Assembly (NCBI RefSeq): GCF_009914755.1
Contig: NC_060930.1
Strand: one strand, 5' to 3'
DNA from: the human T2T-CHM13v2.0 reference genome, Homo sapiens
Length of the DNA: 64,000 nucleotides
The notes under the pieces were generated by a model. That model was not told the origin of the DNA. It searched no databases and saw only the letters and a list, made by a program, of their open reading frames with translations. This document shows, in pieces, positions 14,831 to 30,799 of the stretch (position 1 is the first letter of the stretch; each line of letters begins with the position of its first letter). Made by a program: the position numbers and the translations under genes.

Positions 14831-16094
14831 GGATTTTTTTAAAGTGTGAGCAGAAAATAACATGTTAAGTCACAAGGTGATAAGTAGTACTATGGAAAAC
14901 AAAGAAAAAGTAGAGCAGAGTTAGGTGTTGTGGAATGCCAGGGAGAGTAGAAATGCAGTATTAAATCAATAGGGTGGTTGGGAAGCCTCCTTGAAGAGGT
15001 GAGATTTGAGCAAAGACTGGAAGGAGTTGTTTGTCTCTTGGCTACTATTAAAATCTGTGTCTAAATCTGCCAGGGTCCACCCGTGGTATGGCAATGCTCA
15101 GTCAATAATCAAGCTGTGTATATCTTTTAAAGTACATATTCGTGGGCAGCTGTGGACGTGGACATTTCAACTCATTTGGAAAAACAATCCAGGCAGTCAG
15201 GTAGCACTTCACAGATTATAATCAGATATCATCTGAGACTTGAGGTTATGTTACAGTAAGGACAAATGGTTATTCTTATATGTGGCCTTTTCTAAAATCA
15301 ACCTATAACCTAGAAACAAACACCAAGGGTTTGATTTCTTTAGTTATTCCAAAATTTGCATGTTGTTGTTTGTCCTGAGAAGTTGCGGTGCCTTGGGAGC
15401 TGAGAAAACGTACATTTTTCAATATGAGTTTTAAACGCCTTCATTAAGACTAGGATTTTCCAGGCTTCAACTGACCTTCCTGTCAACTTAAAGAGGGCAG
15501 CTTAAAAATCCTTACTTCATGTATTCTTTATTTGATGGATCATATGGCATGGAATGGTGAGCTGCTTATAAAAATCCTGTGACCTGGACATGTTTTATTA
15601 CAAATTTATGAGGCTGGTATAAACAGGTATCAACTTGCTATCATTTAAGCCAATACTTTGTACTCACGAACAAACTGAAAGAGGTTTGCATCCTTGGATA
15701 CTTGAACTGATTTTTCCACATATAATTTCTTAACCTCATTTTTCTAGGTCTAATAAAAAGAAGTATACTGAGCATAAATCTCTACTTTGGAACAGGAAAA
15801 AATCTCCCCCACCCTCCTCCTCCCACTGAACTTTGTGGGGAAATTAATATCTATGGATGGACAGGCACCTTTGCTTTTCCCCAATCCTGTCTTCTGGTCA
15901 AGAATTCTAAAGCTACAACACTAGCAGCAACTCAGAACACACATGGCTGTTTGTAACTCTCTTGCCAGGCCACATTTATAGAATAATTGCTAAGGTGACA
16001 GGAACTAGGTGGGGGAAGAGGAAACGGATTCTCTCTCTAAGTCCTTTCTACACTAATGGCAACAAGCATTGGTGGATTCAAAAAGCACAGCAAT

Positions 16095-16385
16095 GGCTGG
16101 GTGCGGTGGCTCGGGCCTGTAGGCCCTATACTTTGGGAGGCCAAGGCGGGTGGAATGATTGAGCCCAGGAGTTCAAGATCAGCCTGGTCAACATGGTGAA
16201 ACCCCAGCTCTACAAAAAGTATAAAAATTAGTCAGGTGTGGTGGTAAGTGCCTGTAGTCTCAACTACTCAGGAGGCTGAGGTGGGAGAATAGCTTGAGCC
16301 CAGAGGTTGAGGCTGCAGTGAGCTATGACTGTGCCACTGCACTCCAGCCTGGGTGAGATCTTATCTCAAAAGAAAAGAAAAAAAG
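16095..16385 (+). mobile_element. AluJ
   Basis: Alu consensus with TSD aaaaagcacagca. Confidence 0.9.
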
Positions 16386-17572
16386 CACAGCACCAATCTC
16401 AGAAATTGCCCCCTACTCCAATTTTTGTTAACATTCTTATCCACCCAATGTTTGATTTCTTTTAGTTCTGAACACAATTCTTATAAAATTACTGGCATAA
16501 ATGTAATATTTTGGGTGATTTAACAAGAAAGGAGGAGAAATATTTTCCTTTATCTTTATGCATACACAGCTCTCTATGGGCATTTAGCCTCAGCTGGTTG
16601 TTGAGCTCAGGGTATACCCTAAACATTTAGTTTCTCCCACATACATTAGAGAGCCCCATGAAAATACATAAATAATAACACATGAGAATGTAGCAGCCAT
16701 TAGGTGTATATTATTGTCATAAGATATATATCATTAGATAATGATAGCAGTACTTGGTAGCAAAAGGAGAGTTTAGTGGATTCAACAGATGTTTGTTGAG
16801 GGGCCACTCTGGCAAAAATCTGTGCTAGGGTCTAAGCAGGGAGGTACCATACAACACAATACTTGCCCATAAGAAACTTATGGCCTACTTGGGAATACTC
16901 AGGTAACTACAGAACAAGGTTGTATATGGTAGCATCATTTAAGTGATACAAACTGGAGGATGCAGGAGAATGGATGGAAGAAGATATTGCTTTGACCAGG
17001 TGAGTTGGAAGTCATGGAAGAATTGGCATGTGAGAAGTGCCTTCAGGGACAGATAAGGTTTTCTGACAGGAAGCTATTCCAGGTAAAGGGAACAACCTGG
17101 GCAAAAGTCTATAAAGGAATCCCCTTCTAGTCATATACATATCCAATAAGACATGGGCAAGACTAGACTGCAGCCTAGGGTGTCGGAGCAAATCACTAGA
17201 AACAACCTCCATGTCCATCCACAGGAGGATGAACTAAAGAATTGTGGTATATTCATACAGTGGAAGTAGTCAGCAAAGAAAATGAGTCAACTAGAGAATA
17301 GCAACTAATGTGGAAAAACACAAACGTAGATTAAATGAAAGAAGAATGTTAGGTACAAAATTTGTATCAAGGTTAAAAATATCCAAAAAAATCTTATTTA
17401 TAAATTTCATGTGGTTTTATTGTATCATTATATGTAGATATAACTATAATTTCAAAATGTTTTCATGTGAAAACAGTGGGAATGAAAACCACCCACAATG
17501 CATAGAGACTGCCAGTGGGGAGGGTGGGAAGGGAATGGGTAGACATAGGAAGCTACGTTTCAGTTGAATCCA

Positions 17573-17842
17573 TTTTTTTTTAAGACAGGGTCTCACTCTG
17601 TCACCCAGACTAGAATGCGGTGTCACTATCATGGCTCACTGCAGCCTCAATCTCCCAGGAGCAAGCAGTCCTCCCCCTTAGCTGGGGCCACAGGCACATA
17701 CTACCATGCTCAGCTAATTTTCTAAAAGTTATTTTGTAGAAACAGGATCTCCCTATGTTGCCCAGGCTGGTCTCAAACTCCTGGGTTCAAGTGATCAGCC
17801 TCCCAAAGTGTTGGGATTATTGGTGTGAGCCACTATGCCCAG
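17573..17842 (-). mobile_element. AluJ within an old L1M fragment (about 17195-18040)
   Basis: Diverged antisense Alu; flanks resemble an old L1M 3' end. Confidence 0.8.
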
Positions 17843-18148
17843 GTAATTGTATCTGCTTTAGAGAGAAGAGGACAAACAGATAGATACACTAATATATTTA
17901 TAGACACATATAAACACATATACTATGTACATATCTATTTTAAGATCTAAAGTAGACATCACGTTAACGTGATAAATGTTACGTTATTCTCTACACTCTT
18001 CTACATACTTGAAATATTTCATAATATAAAAATGAAGGAGAAAGTCACAGTTCAGGTTTAGGAATAGCAAATGGTATAGAACAGTGATTCTCAAACCTTA
18101 ACATGACCCTTGGCAAGAAATACATTTTATTTTAGAAACCAGGAATTC

Positions 18149-18492
<344 letters not shown>

Positions 18493-19807
18493 CTAACATG
18501 TTAATATTTGCTCTTTTATTCTGCATGATATCAAGCAGTGGTTGATGCTTACAGATGCAGATAAAGGCTAGGTCCTGGAAGGCTTTGACGGTCAGGCTCA
18601 GGAATGTAAGCTTTAGTTGGCAAAGAGGAAAGGCCCACTGGTGGCTTTGGGGCATGTTATGTGAGCTAAACTTTAGCTAAATCAAAAAAGGTGGAACTGA
18701 GGCCAGAGATTGGATGATCCAAAATCAGTCAGGAGGTTATCACCATTAGTGTAACTGGAACAGGGTATGGGTCTGCAGGGGAAGTGAAAAAAAGGGACAG
18801 GTTTTGCATTTGCTGTGATTAAAAATAATACAGATAATATGGATTTGATGACTGGGGTTTCAGGGAAGCGGGAGGGAAATGAGACAAATTTCACTCTTGA
18901 TTTCAAGGCTTGATGCCTGAGAGATTGGTTACATCAATAACAACTATGTATATCAGGAGAAATTTGGTTTTAAACACTATGTTTAAGGTGCTGATGGGGA
19001 CATCTACACATACGTAGTGAAGCCATGGCTGAGGTTAAAAGGAATGCATAATGGTTTCACAATGTACTATGGCTTTCTATAGCAGTACACAGTACCTGGT
19101 GAGGGAAAAAATGAAAGGTGTAATCAAGGTGGGGCCAGGCAGGCAGACCTAGCAAAGGTGTGGCGGGTGGAGGGTGAGGAGTGCTGGTTAGGGCAGAGTG
19201 AAATGGCTAGCACTGGGTTGGGTTTGTATTGGGATGGCAGTGAGTCCAAATGCAATGGGTCACTGAGAGAAGAAGAGTTGAGAGACTAGAGGTTATGAGA
19301 CACCAAAAAGTATCTTTAGCAGGTGTGATGAAATATTACAGGTGGAAGTTAGGAGTGTTGTAATCAAGGAGGAGGAATTTCAAACCTGAAATCTTGGAGC
19401 TAAAATAATTCTAAGTTAGAAAAAAAATACTATTCTGAAATTCATATGGAAACAAAGAGCCTAAATAGTGAAAGCAATCCTAAGCAAAAGGAACAAAGCC
19501 AGAGGCATCACATTACCCAACTTCAAAATACTACAAGGCTATAGTAACCAAAAGGCTACAGTAGCATGGTACTGGTACAAAAAAAGACACACAGACCAAT
19601 GGAATAGAGAACCCAGAAATAAAGCTGCACGCCTACAATCAACTGATCTTTGATAAAGTTGACAAAAATAAACAAAGGGGAAAGGATATCCTATTCAATA
19701 AATGGTGCTGGGAAAACTGGCCAACCATATGCAGAAGAATGAAACTGGTCTCCTACCTATCACCATATACAAAAATTAACTCACAATGGATTAAAGACTT
19801 AAATGTA

Positions 19808-20191
19808 TGATATGGTTTGGCTGTGTCCCCACCCAATCTCATCTTGAATTGTAGCTCCTATAATGCCTACGTGTTGTGGGAGGGACCCGTTGGGAGATAA
19901 TTGGATCATGGGGGCAGTGTCCCCCATACTGTTCTCGTGGTAGTGAATAAGTCTCACAAGATCTCATGGTTTTATTAGGGGAAACCCCTTTCACTTGAGA
20001 GGGGGAAACCCCTCTCATTCTCTCTCTACTGGCTGCCATATAAGACATCCCTTTTCTCTTCCATCGTCTTCTGCCATGATTGTGAGGCCTCTCCAGCCAT
20101 GTGGAACTGTGAGTCAGTTAAACCTCTTTACTTTATAAATTACCTAGTCTCAGGTATGTCTTTGTCAGCAGCATGAAAATAGACTAATACA
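19808..20191 (+). mobile_element. THE1 solo LTR inserted in L1
   Basis: TGATATGGTTTGGCTGTGTCCCCACCC...GACTAATACA with 5-bp TSD ATGTA (19803-19807, 20192-20196). Confidence 0.92.
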
Positions 20192-20369
20192 ATGTAAGAC
20201 CTCAAACTATAAACATCCTTCAAGAAAATCTAGGAAGTACCCTTCTCGACATAGGCCTTGGGGAAGATTTATAACTAAGTCCTCAAAAGCATCTGCAACA
20301 AAAACAAAAAATTGACAAGTGAGACCTAATTAAACTAAAGAGCTTCTGCAAAGCAAAAGGAAAACTATT

Positions 20370-20665
20370 GGCCATGCACCATGGCGTATGTCTGGAATTC
20401 TAGCACTTTGGGGGGCAAGGTGGGTAGATTGCCTGAGCCCAGGAGTTTGAGACCAGCCTGGGCAACATGGTGAAACCCCACTCTCTACAAAAAAATACAA
20501 AAAATTAGCTGGGCATCTGGTGTGCACAGGTAGTCCCAGCTACTTGAGAGGCTGAAGTGGGAGGATCACCTGAGCCTGGAAAGGTTGAGGCTACAGTGAG
20601 CCATGATCACACCACTGCTCTCCAGTCTAGGTGACAGAGTGAGACCCTGTCTCAAAACAAAAAAG
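20370..20665 (+). mobile_element. AluJ inserted in L1
   Basis: Alu consensus; the L1 resumes at gaaactttcaacagag. Confidence 0.88.
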
Positions 20666-22369
20666 AAACTTTCAACAGAGGAAACAGACAACCTACAGAA
20701 TGGGAGAAAATATTCATACATTATGCAGGGGTCTAATATCCAGCATCTATAAGGAACTTTAAATCACCAAGCAAAAAACAACTCAATTAAAAAGTGGGCA
20801 AAGGAAATGAGCAGACACTTCTCAAAAGAAGACAGACAAGTGGCCAAAAACATATGAAAAAATGCTCAACATCACTAATCATTAGAGAAATGCAAATCAA
20901 AACTACAACCAGATACTATCTCACACCAGTCAGAATGGCTATTATTTAAATTAAAAAAAATAACAGGTGTTGGTGAGGCTGCAGAGGTTAGGGAACGTTT
21001 ATACAGTGTTGGTGAGAATGTAAATTAATTTCAGCCACTGAAGAAAGCAGTTTGGAGATTTCTCAGAGAACCAAACACAACTACCATTTGACCTAGCAAC
21101 CACATTACTGGGTATGTACTCAAAGGAAAACAAATTGTTCTACCAAAAAGACACATGTACTCATATGTTCATCACAGCACTATTCAAAAATAGCAAAGAT
21201 CAACCTAGGAATGAACCTCAGTGCCCATCAACAGTGAATTGAATAAAGAAATTGTGGTATGTACACATAATGGAATACTGTGGAGCTGTAAAACAGAATT
21301 TGCAGCAACATTATCTTAAGTGAATTAATGCAGAAACAGAAAACCAAATACCACATGTTTTTACTTATAAGTAAGAGCTAAACATTGGGTATACATGGAC
21401 ATAGAGAAGGGAAAAATAGACACAGGACTACAAGAAGGGAGAAGGAGGGACCGGGGCAAGGTTGAAAAACTACCTGTTGGGTACTATGCTCACTACCTGG
21501 ATGATGGACTCAGTCATACCGCAAACCTCAGCATCATGCAATATACTCTTGTAACAAACCTGCACATATACCTCCTGAATAGAAAAGAAAAGTTGAAAAA
21601 TTTTTAAAATGAAGTAATTCTGAGTGATAAACAATCACAACCTTTGTAGATACTACAGGTTAGGCAGGTAGGTAATTGTAATATCATGGAGATGAAAGCT
21701 GTAGCTTTGTGATAGTTTACAATTACTGATCTGAACTGAGTAGATTGACTTTTCAAATGAAGCTCTTCTATGGAATAACTAATGATTTTTTTTTTTGAGA
21801 CGGAGTCTCACTCTGTCACCCAGGCTGCAGTGCAGTGGCACAATCTTGGCTCACTTCTCTGCAACTGATTATTAATTACTACTTCTAATTACAGAAAAGG
21901 CCACACTGGGAAGTGGAGCAGGGTCTTCAGGGGTGCCCTTAGGAAAGAGCCCTGATGGGATGTCTTGGGAGAGAAGGCTCTGGATAGTGCTCCTGGGTCA
22001 CTACAGTGAGCCAGGATTCCTAGTCCATCAGCAGCTCAGAGATGGACAAGCACTATCTTCTCATCTAATACTTCCTTTTCATTCACAGCTGATAGATGTT
22101 CTTTCACAAAGACGCAGTCAGTTGGCTGGACTCTTGGGACACGGGTCAGAATTATTGGGGTCTGCCCATACCTTATTGTTGATTTGGTTTAGGGCTTTGA
22201 ATAGGTCACTTAAATTCAGTGTACCTCAGTTATTCTCACAATCAAGTAACACAAGCTAAAATCTTTGAAAAAATATTTTGAATAACTTCCTTATGCAACC
22301 CAATGAATTTCACAATTTAATATAAAGGAAGACACATGTATAGCCAGTTATAGCATAATGCTAAGAGGA

Positions 22370-23548
<1,179 letters not shown>

Positions 23549-26500
23549 GGGCTTAATAAGACATGATGAGTTCTACTTCAGGCTGTCGCTAAGCTTCACA
23601 GGGGAGGGGTTATATCTGAGCCTGAATTTGAGAGAGAAGTGGGTTTTGCCAGGCACAGCAGGCTACAATAACATTGGCGATGTCAAGTGTGTGGCTTGTT
23701 CAGGCAATCAGGACAGTCTGTTCTGCCTTTTGTATGCAACAAGAATAAAAACGAGTTCTAACAGTGCTCCAGTGTTATTTTACATTATGTTTCTCTGCCT
23801 GGCCCCTTCTTTTCCTAAGTCTTTGCTTAGGCATTCTTGGTCATAAAAATGACAAATGGTAGGAGATGATAGACCAAAAACAAGCTGATGGTTAGAAATT
23901 CAGCCAGCAATTTAAATATTGGTGCGGATACCTAGCAAGTGGATGAACCACACAAATAAATAAGATCCAACTCAAATGGTGTTTTCTTTTGAAAACCCAC
24001 ATTTTCGTTTTCTTAGATCTCACTGGTTTTTACCTTTAGAAGCAGGCAAAGGATAGTCATTCACTTTGTTTTTGAACAATGATCTATTGACACATTCTGG
24101 GGACATCTTTCCTCTGACTGTTTGCTGATAGAAATAAAGCATAGGTAAGCCAGTGTTCCTGTCTCCAGAGGCTTGCAATTCAATAAGCAGAAGAGAGAAG
24201 GCTCTCTACACACACAGTAGTGAAGTAATGGGCAAGCCTGATGTTCTCCTTACCAAAATATGTGGAATAGATAGATAAGGGTTGGGGGCGGGGGAGGAAT
24301 CAAGATGGCCTGGAGAAGGCTTTGTGGTGATTTGGAATTGAACTAAGGCCTTGGAGATATCTAAGGAGAAATGAAGAATAAAGTGACTTGCTTGACTCTT
24401 TATAGCAAATAAAATTGCTGGGTCTTAGAACCACCAGGAGAGTGTACTGTTGTCACTGCAGAAGAGTTAATGTTTAATTGCTAGGGAACACAGCTTTCTT
24501 TATATGGTGCTCCAAACTCTAGCTCGATTTGTTATCTGATTTTCTGCTGTGGAAAGGGCATTTCCAAGATTGATTTCCTGCCAGTGGAAATGAGCAGCTC
24601 TCTTCACGTTCACCCGGGTTGGCCCGGGTCCCAGCTGGTTTGCAGATCAGTGATGAAGCTTCCTGCCGGTGAGAAGCTAGATCTAGTTGAGAGGTTGCCT
24701 GACTGAAGCCAAACCACACCTAACGAAGCCGATAGTTACACTCATGTAGAAAGTCCAGGGAGACACCTGTCCCTAGGCTTTAATTAGTGGGAGTTTCAGA
24801 CAGCAAAGTTTACCTTTACTCAAACAAGAAGCCTCAGAAGAACATGATCTTCACACCTGAACTGTTGATTGCCTGGAGACTGCTCAGTGTGTTCTCCCAG
24901 TAAATTGTTCCCAGCTCCTCTGACTTCTCCCACTCGACAGATTAAACACAGATACTATTTATTCCATGTGGCAGATGCATTCTCTGTCTGTAATGATGCA
25001 TTTTGAAACCAGTACTTTCTCAAGTGAGATTAGCTGAGATGTGGAAAGTATAGGAAGTGACAGAACAGACAGAAATTCTAGCTAGAGGGTTCTAGTTAGA
25101 TAAAGAGAAAAAGGCACTCAGAGGAAATTTGCTCTGCTCATCTTTCCCAGGGCACAGCAACAAATTAAGGCTGTCTTTTCTTTCTCCTCTTAGGAATATT
25201 ATAGGGCACCACAGAGGAAAAGATTCATAAGTGGAGAGCTCACTGAGCCCAGAAGGACACATCTTGCTGCCAGATCTGTGGCAAAAAGGTGTACCTTACT
25301 TTTTTTTTATAGGCACGGTTCAGCCGTACCACAAACCCACATGGTCAGGAAGTGACTCACGTATTAATGCCGTTTGAGTTTGTGTGCTGTGGGGAAGGTC
25401 TTTTGACAATATTGTGTATACTGGCTTTTCCAATCTAAGAGAACATCTTTGCTGCATTAACAGTAGATGTTACATATTTTTTTCCCTTTAAACCCCCCAT
25501 GACCAATAGCTTACCCTATGGCAAGTATAGTTAGGTTACTCGTAATAATTAATTTGGTATGCTAACTAGTTGAGCTCACAGAAAAATGCAAGTATGGGTG
25601 TATTCCTTTATAATGCTGGGGTGTTTCTTGGGGAGGGTCTTAATATTTTACCAACTTAGGTTTTACCAATTTTTGCATATTTATGTCAAATATTCCTATT
25701 TGCAGAGTAGTACTAACTTTTGCTTTCCAATTACAAAAGTAGTAAATGTTTGTTGTTAAAAAGTACGATAATGATAGTATTTCCAGAAGAAAAGTAAAAT
25801 TCCCCACAATCCCTTCATGGCAATAGCTATATTGTTTTGATTATATGCACTTCCATACTTCATCTGTACCATGTTTGTATGATTACAAAAATAGGGCTGG
25901 GCGGAACACATACTTTAAATTTGTTTTTTCCTTTACATGTCTTTGACTCATTTATTCATTCAAGAAATCTTTTTTGAGAATGTACAATGTGCTAGTCCAT
26001 CACTTTTCTAAGTGCAGTGGAGACTACAGTGAAAAACCAATGGAGCTCACATATCATGTGTATCTTTGTATAACAATAAATGTAAATATGCTAGTTATTT
26101 TAATAAGTGCATAGTATTCTATTTTATAGATTTATCTTAATTTACACAATCAAATACTCCATTTTTGGATGTCGAAATTCTGTTTGTTAGGTTTTGTTAA
26201 ATATAGGGAGGAAATATGCACTGACCATTGGTGAATCTGAATCGATGTTCAAATGATCTCTGCTAATAACAGGATTGCACTGGTAGTGCCATTCTTTCAA
26301 ATATGACTTTACAAATAGTGATATGCTCCTTGGAAGATGTAGCTATAAAGATCAGTATGAGCCCAGAGTTCTCTCACTTAACGACTATGGAGATCCTGAG
26401 GCATGTGAGACTGTTTCCAACTCCACCTCTGGCTCAAAGGCTGCTTAAAGCACAGTTCCAGTCCTTATAAATGGACACCAAGTTGTCATTTTGGCTGCTA

Positions 26501-26857
26501 TTCCTTTGCAGCCATTTATAATTATGCAGTGATGTGTGAAGCTGGGCTTCTGTGAATTCTGGAAGCATTTCTTTTGCCTTTGATAGGAATTGCTGCTCAT
26601 TTGTCCTCTATCCAACAACCAGCAGGTCACTTTCCTACCATCTGTGTGAGTCCCACACACAGTGACATGAAGTGATGTCACAGGATCTGTTTGTTGGTGA
26701 TTCCAGCATGCTGCTTGATGTTCAGTACAAAGCAAAACATAGCCCAGATGAATTACAGAATTTTACAGTATTAGAGCTTATATAGATTACACCCCCATCT
26801 TAAGGACAAGGGCACCAAGGCATAGAGAGGTTGAATAATTTGCTTAAAAATCACTTA

Positions 26858-27145
<288 letters not shown>

Positions 27146-28091
27146 CTAGAACTAAACATTGGGACTTCTAATTTCTTGCCCAGTGTTCTTTCCAGGGAAT
27201 CAGCTATTCCAAGTTTGTGGTAGATTCACATAGCATCCTTGTAATAGGTCAGGAAACACTATTGCTTTGGAGTGCTTCTATTTGTCATCCAGATAAAATG
27301 TCTTCAGTACCAAACAATGCCAGTTTCCCAAATATGGAGCTTTTCTTTAATTCCCCACTTTGTTAATTTGGGAAAGGCTTTTTAGGTAGCTTGCTATATG
27401 CATAGCAGATTTAGTGATCTCATTGTCATTGTGCTTTCCATTAGTAGGCTGATAAATGACCTCAGGTTTATGATTGGAATGTCTCACTACACCAGTTCTG
27501 TAAAGCTAGCCACAACAAACCATGTGTCTCTTTAATATGAAAGAAGCCCATCAGATTTATGATCATATTTATCTGGGCTAATAGACCTATTTGGATTATT
27601 TGATAGATTCCACTCAGATTTTGTGGAAGTCACATTTTATTCTCTTAGGGAGTATTGGAATCTGATTTACAAGTAAACTCAGTGTCAAAGATCTGAGAAA
27701 CTTTGCAGTACTGATTGTTTTTGTAAGGCCAACTGCAAGTTATTTTTGTTAATGAAGCAAAGCAGTATTGCAGCAGCATATTTGAAGTTGTATATCAAAA
27801 AATGTTGGGGTTTAGTCATAGAGGCCATTTTTTGAGGCATAGTGGTTAAGAACGCAGACTTTAGAGTCAACTGCTTAGTCACCTCCTGGATCTATCACAT
27901 ACTGTGCAGCCTTGGACAAGTTATGTAATCTCTCTGTAACTGTTTCCTTATCTGTGAAATGGGAATGATAATAGTACTGGTGTCAGGTATTGTTGGGAAG
28001 TTTAAATAAGTTAATATTTTCAAAGCACCCAAAACACTGTCTGGTATGTGCTAAACATCATATAAGTGTTTGATACTATTATTCTGACACT

Positions 28092-28400
28092 TTCTCTCTC
28101 TTTTTTTTTTTTTTTTTTTTTTTGAGACGGCGTCTTGCTCTGTTGTCCAGGCTGGAGTGCAGTGGCATAACCATGGCTCACTGTAGCCTCAATCTCCTGG
28201 GCTCAAGTGATCCTCCCACCTCAGCATCCTGAGTAATTGGGACTACAGGTGTGCGCCACCATGCCTGGCTAATTTTTAAATTTAGAGATAGAGTCTTGCT
28301 GTGTTGCCAAGGCTGGTCTTGAACTCCTGGGCTCAAGCTATCCTCCCCGTTCGGCTTCCCAAAGTGCTGGGATTACAGGTGTGAGCCACTGTACCTGGTC
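28092..28400 (-). mobile_element. AluJ
   Basis: Poly-T plus antisense Alu; TSD gacactttc. Confidence 0.9.
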
Positions 28401-29201
28401 GATTTGGACACTTTCCATTCATTCATTCATTCGTTCATTCAGTGATTTCTTGGAATATCAATGTGATAGGCACAATGCTAATGATAAAAATATTCTCAGC
28501 CCTCAAAGGATCTTGCAGTTTAGTGGTCAGAGAGACATATAATGCAAACCATGTAGGCATACAGTAAGGAAAGTCCTATAATGAAGGACTTTAAGTGCAG
28601 TGGCAGTTAGGTGAAGGAGCACCTGAGGGGAAGCCTTCACAGGGACCATTTGAGATGGGACATGAAGCATGAGTAGGAGTTGGCCAGTGGACATCAGTGG
28701 TGTGGGCATTCCAGGCATGCATAGAAGCACAAAGTCCTGAGAGGATGGCAGAATAACTGGAACACAAAGTGTCAGAGTGGGAGATGCTTTGGGGACAGTT
28801 AAAGAGACGCACAGGTAGGGGACCAGGAAGGCCTCCTGTATCCTACAGAGGTTCCTGTGAGAGATAATAAGGACTCAAATTCAGACAGGGGCCAATGAGA
28901 GGGAACCCAGCAGATGGAGGAGATGGCCAGGAGCAGTGAGTGCAGTGACACGGTTACACCTGTTTCTCAGGTGATAGGAGACGTGCCCAGGTGCTGCTCT
29001 GCTTATCGATATAGTTCCTCTCTGAAAGTTAAATGGTCTTTTATGGGTACTTCACGTATTTTTACTGTGTTTTCAGGGGATAACAACTATCACCAAAAAC
29101 GTGTCATTTCATTGTTTTATTGAAAGTTACTGAAAAGGAAATGCATTTTAGGTAGTTTCCATCAGTCAGAACTACGAAAACAAAACCAAACCTTAAGAAT
29201 A

Positions 29202-29582
29202 CAGATGATCCCCAACTTAGGATGGTGTGAAAGTGATACACATTCAATAGAAACCATACTTTGCATTTGGGGTTTTGATTTTTTCCAAGGCTAGTGATAG
29301 GTGGTGAAATACTCTAGCAATTCTGGGCAGCAGCAGTAACCTGCAGCTCCCAGTCAGCCATGTGATCTCAAAACAACCAGTACCCTACGGTGTCCTCTGT
29401 TGCCAGATGACTTTCCCCACCTGTAGGCTAAGTGTGTGTTCTGAGCACATTTAAGGTAGTGTAGGCTAAGAGTGGTTACGTTCAGTAGATTAGGTGCATT
29501 AAATGCATTTTCAACTTAAGACGTTTTCAACTTAACAATGGGTTTACTGGGCTATAACCCATCATATGTCAAGGAACATCTG
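29202..29582. mobile_element. MER47A-like (TcMar-Tigger) MITE
   Basis: Terminal inverted repeats CAGATG...CATCTG flanked by TA on both sides; internal ttttcaactta repeats. Confidence 0.75.
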
Positions 29583-29754
29583 TATTTAGCTTAGTTCTGT
29601 GATTTACTTTTAAAAAGAACACCTAAATGCACAATTTTTGGCTAAAATGTCAGATTTTTAACCATGAACTTGGGATTTTTACCCCATTTTTCTCTTTCCA
29701 TTAAAAAAAAAATTTGAAAGGCGCTTCTAAGATAAATTTTTAAGATTAGATCCC

Positions 29755-30089
<335 letters not shown>

Positions 30090-30799
30090 TTATTCAACAT
30101 TTTTTAACACTTTCTTATAAACATTAAGTGAATTCATGGTACATATACTCAGTAAATAGAACTTTTAATTCCAATTCCATTATAATCTGACTCTAATTAA
30201 AAATCCTTAAAGGAGATAGGGGAGTTCAAATATCCCACTGCTCTAGATGTGTCCAAATGAATGTCCTCCATGGGCACTTCAAACTCAACATTTTCAAACA
30301 TGTCTTTCAGCCCAGACCTGACCCAGGGAGGCAGTATTATGATGATTCCCAGGAGTGTTACAAAACAAATAATATTCCTTTTTGATTTTAAAAAATTGCA
30401 TTAAAATCAATTATAAGGTAGAAAATACGTGTGGATAGATTTATTTTTACTAAGTTATATCCTTCAGTGGGCTCTTTATTTGAAATATTACTAGGACTTT
30501 ATGTACATGTTTTGCCTCTTGAAAGTACTATTCCATTACTGACCATTTTGTTATTATTCATTCTGTTTTCTTCCTAAAAAGTGGATAGACAGGAAATCAC
30601 CTCCTCTCACCCACCCACCCTTTTTTATGAGGACAATGACACTGAGTAATTGATTGTCTTAGGCATAGCCACACACCTGAGTAGAGCAAATACTAATAGC
30701 CAGACTTCCTGACTCCCAAACCATTACTTCTTTTTTCCTTCACCTTTGCAGAAGAGAAAGAAATTGGTGCCATGAGCCTGGGCCTAAAGAACTGTTCAT

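Larger units (their letters stand above)
19420..21608 (+). mobile_element. L1 (L1PB/L1MA-type) 3' ORF2 remnant and 3' UTR, interrupted by a THE1 LTR and an Alu
   Basis: [19 protein letters not shown]...[15 protein letters not shown] resembles the L1 ORF2 C-terminal region; typical L1 3' end sequence follows. Confidence 0.9.

Noticed and set aside
19468-19653. ORF resembling a reverse-transcriptase protein C-terminal region
   Set aside because: Frameshifted, interrupted L1 ORF2 fossil; not functional.
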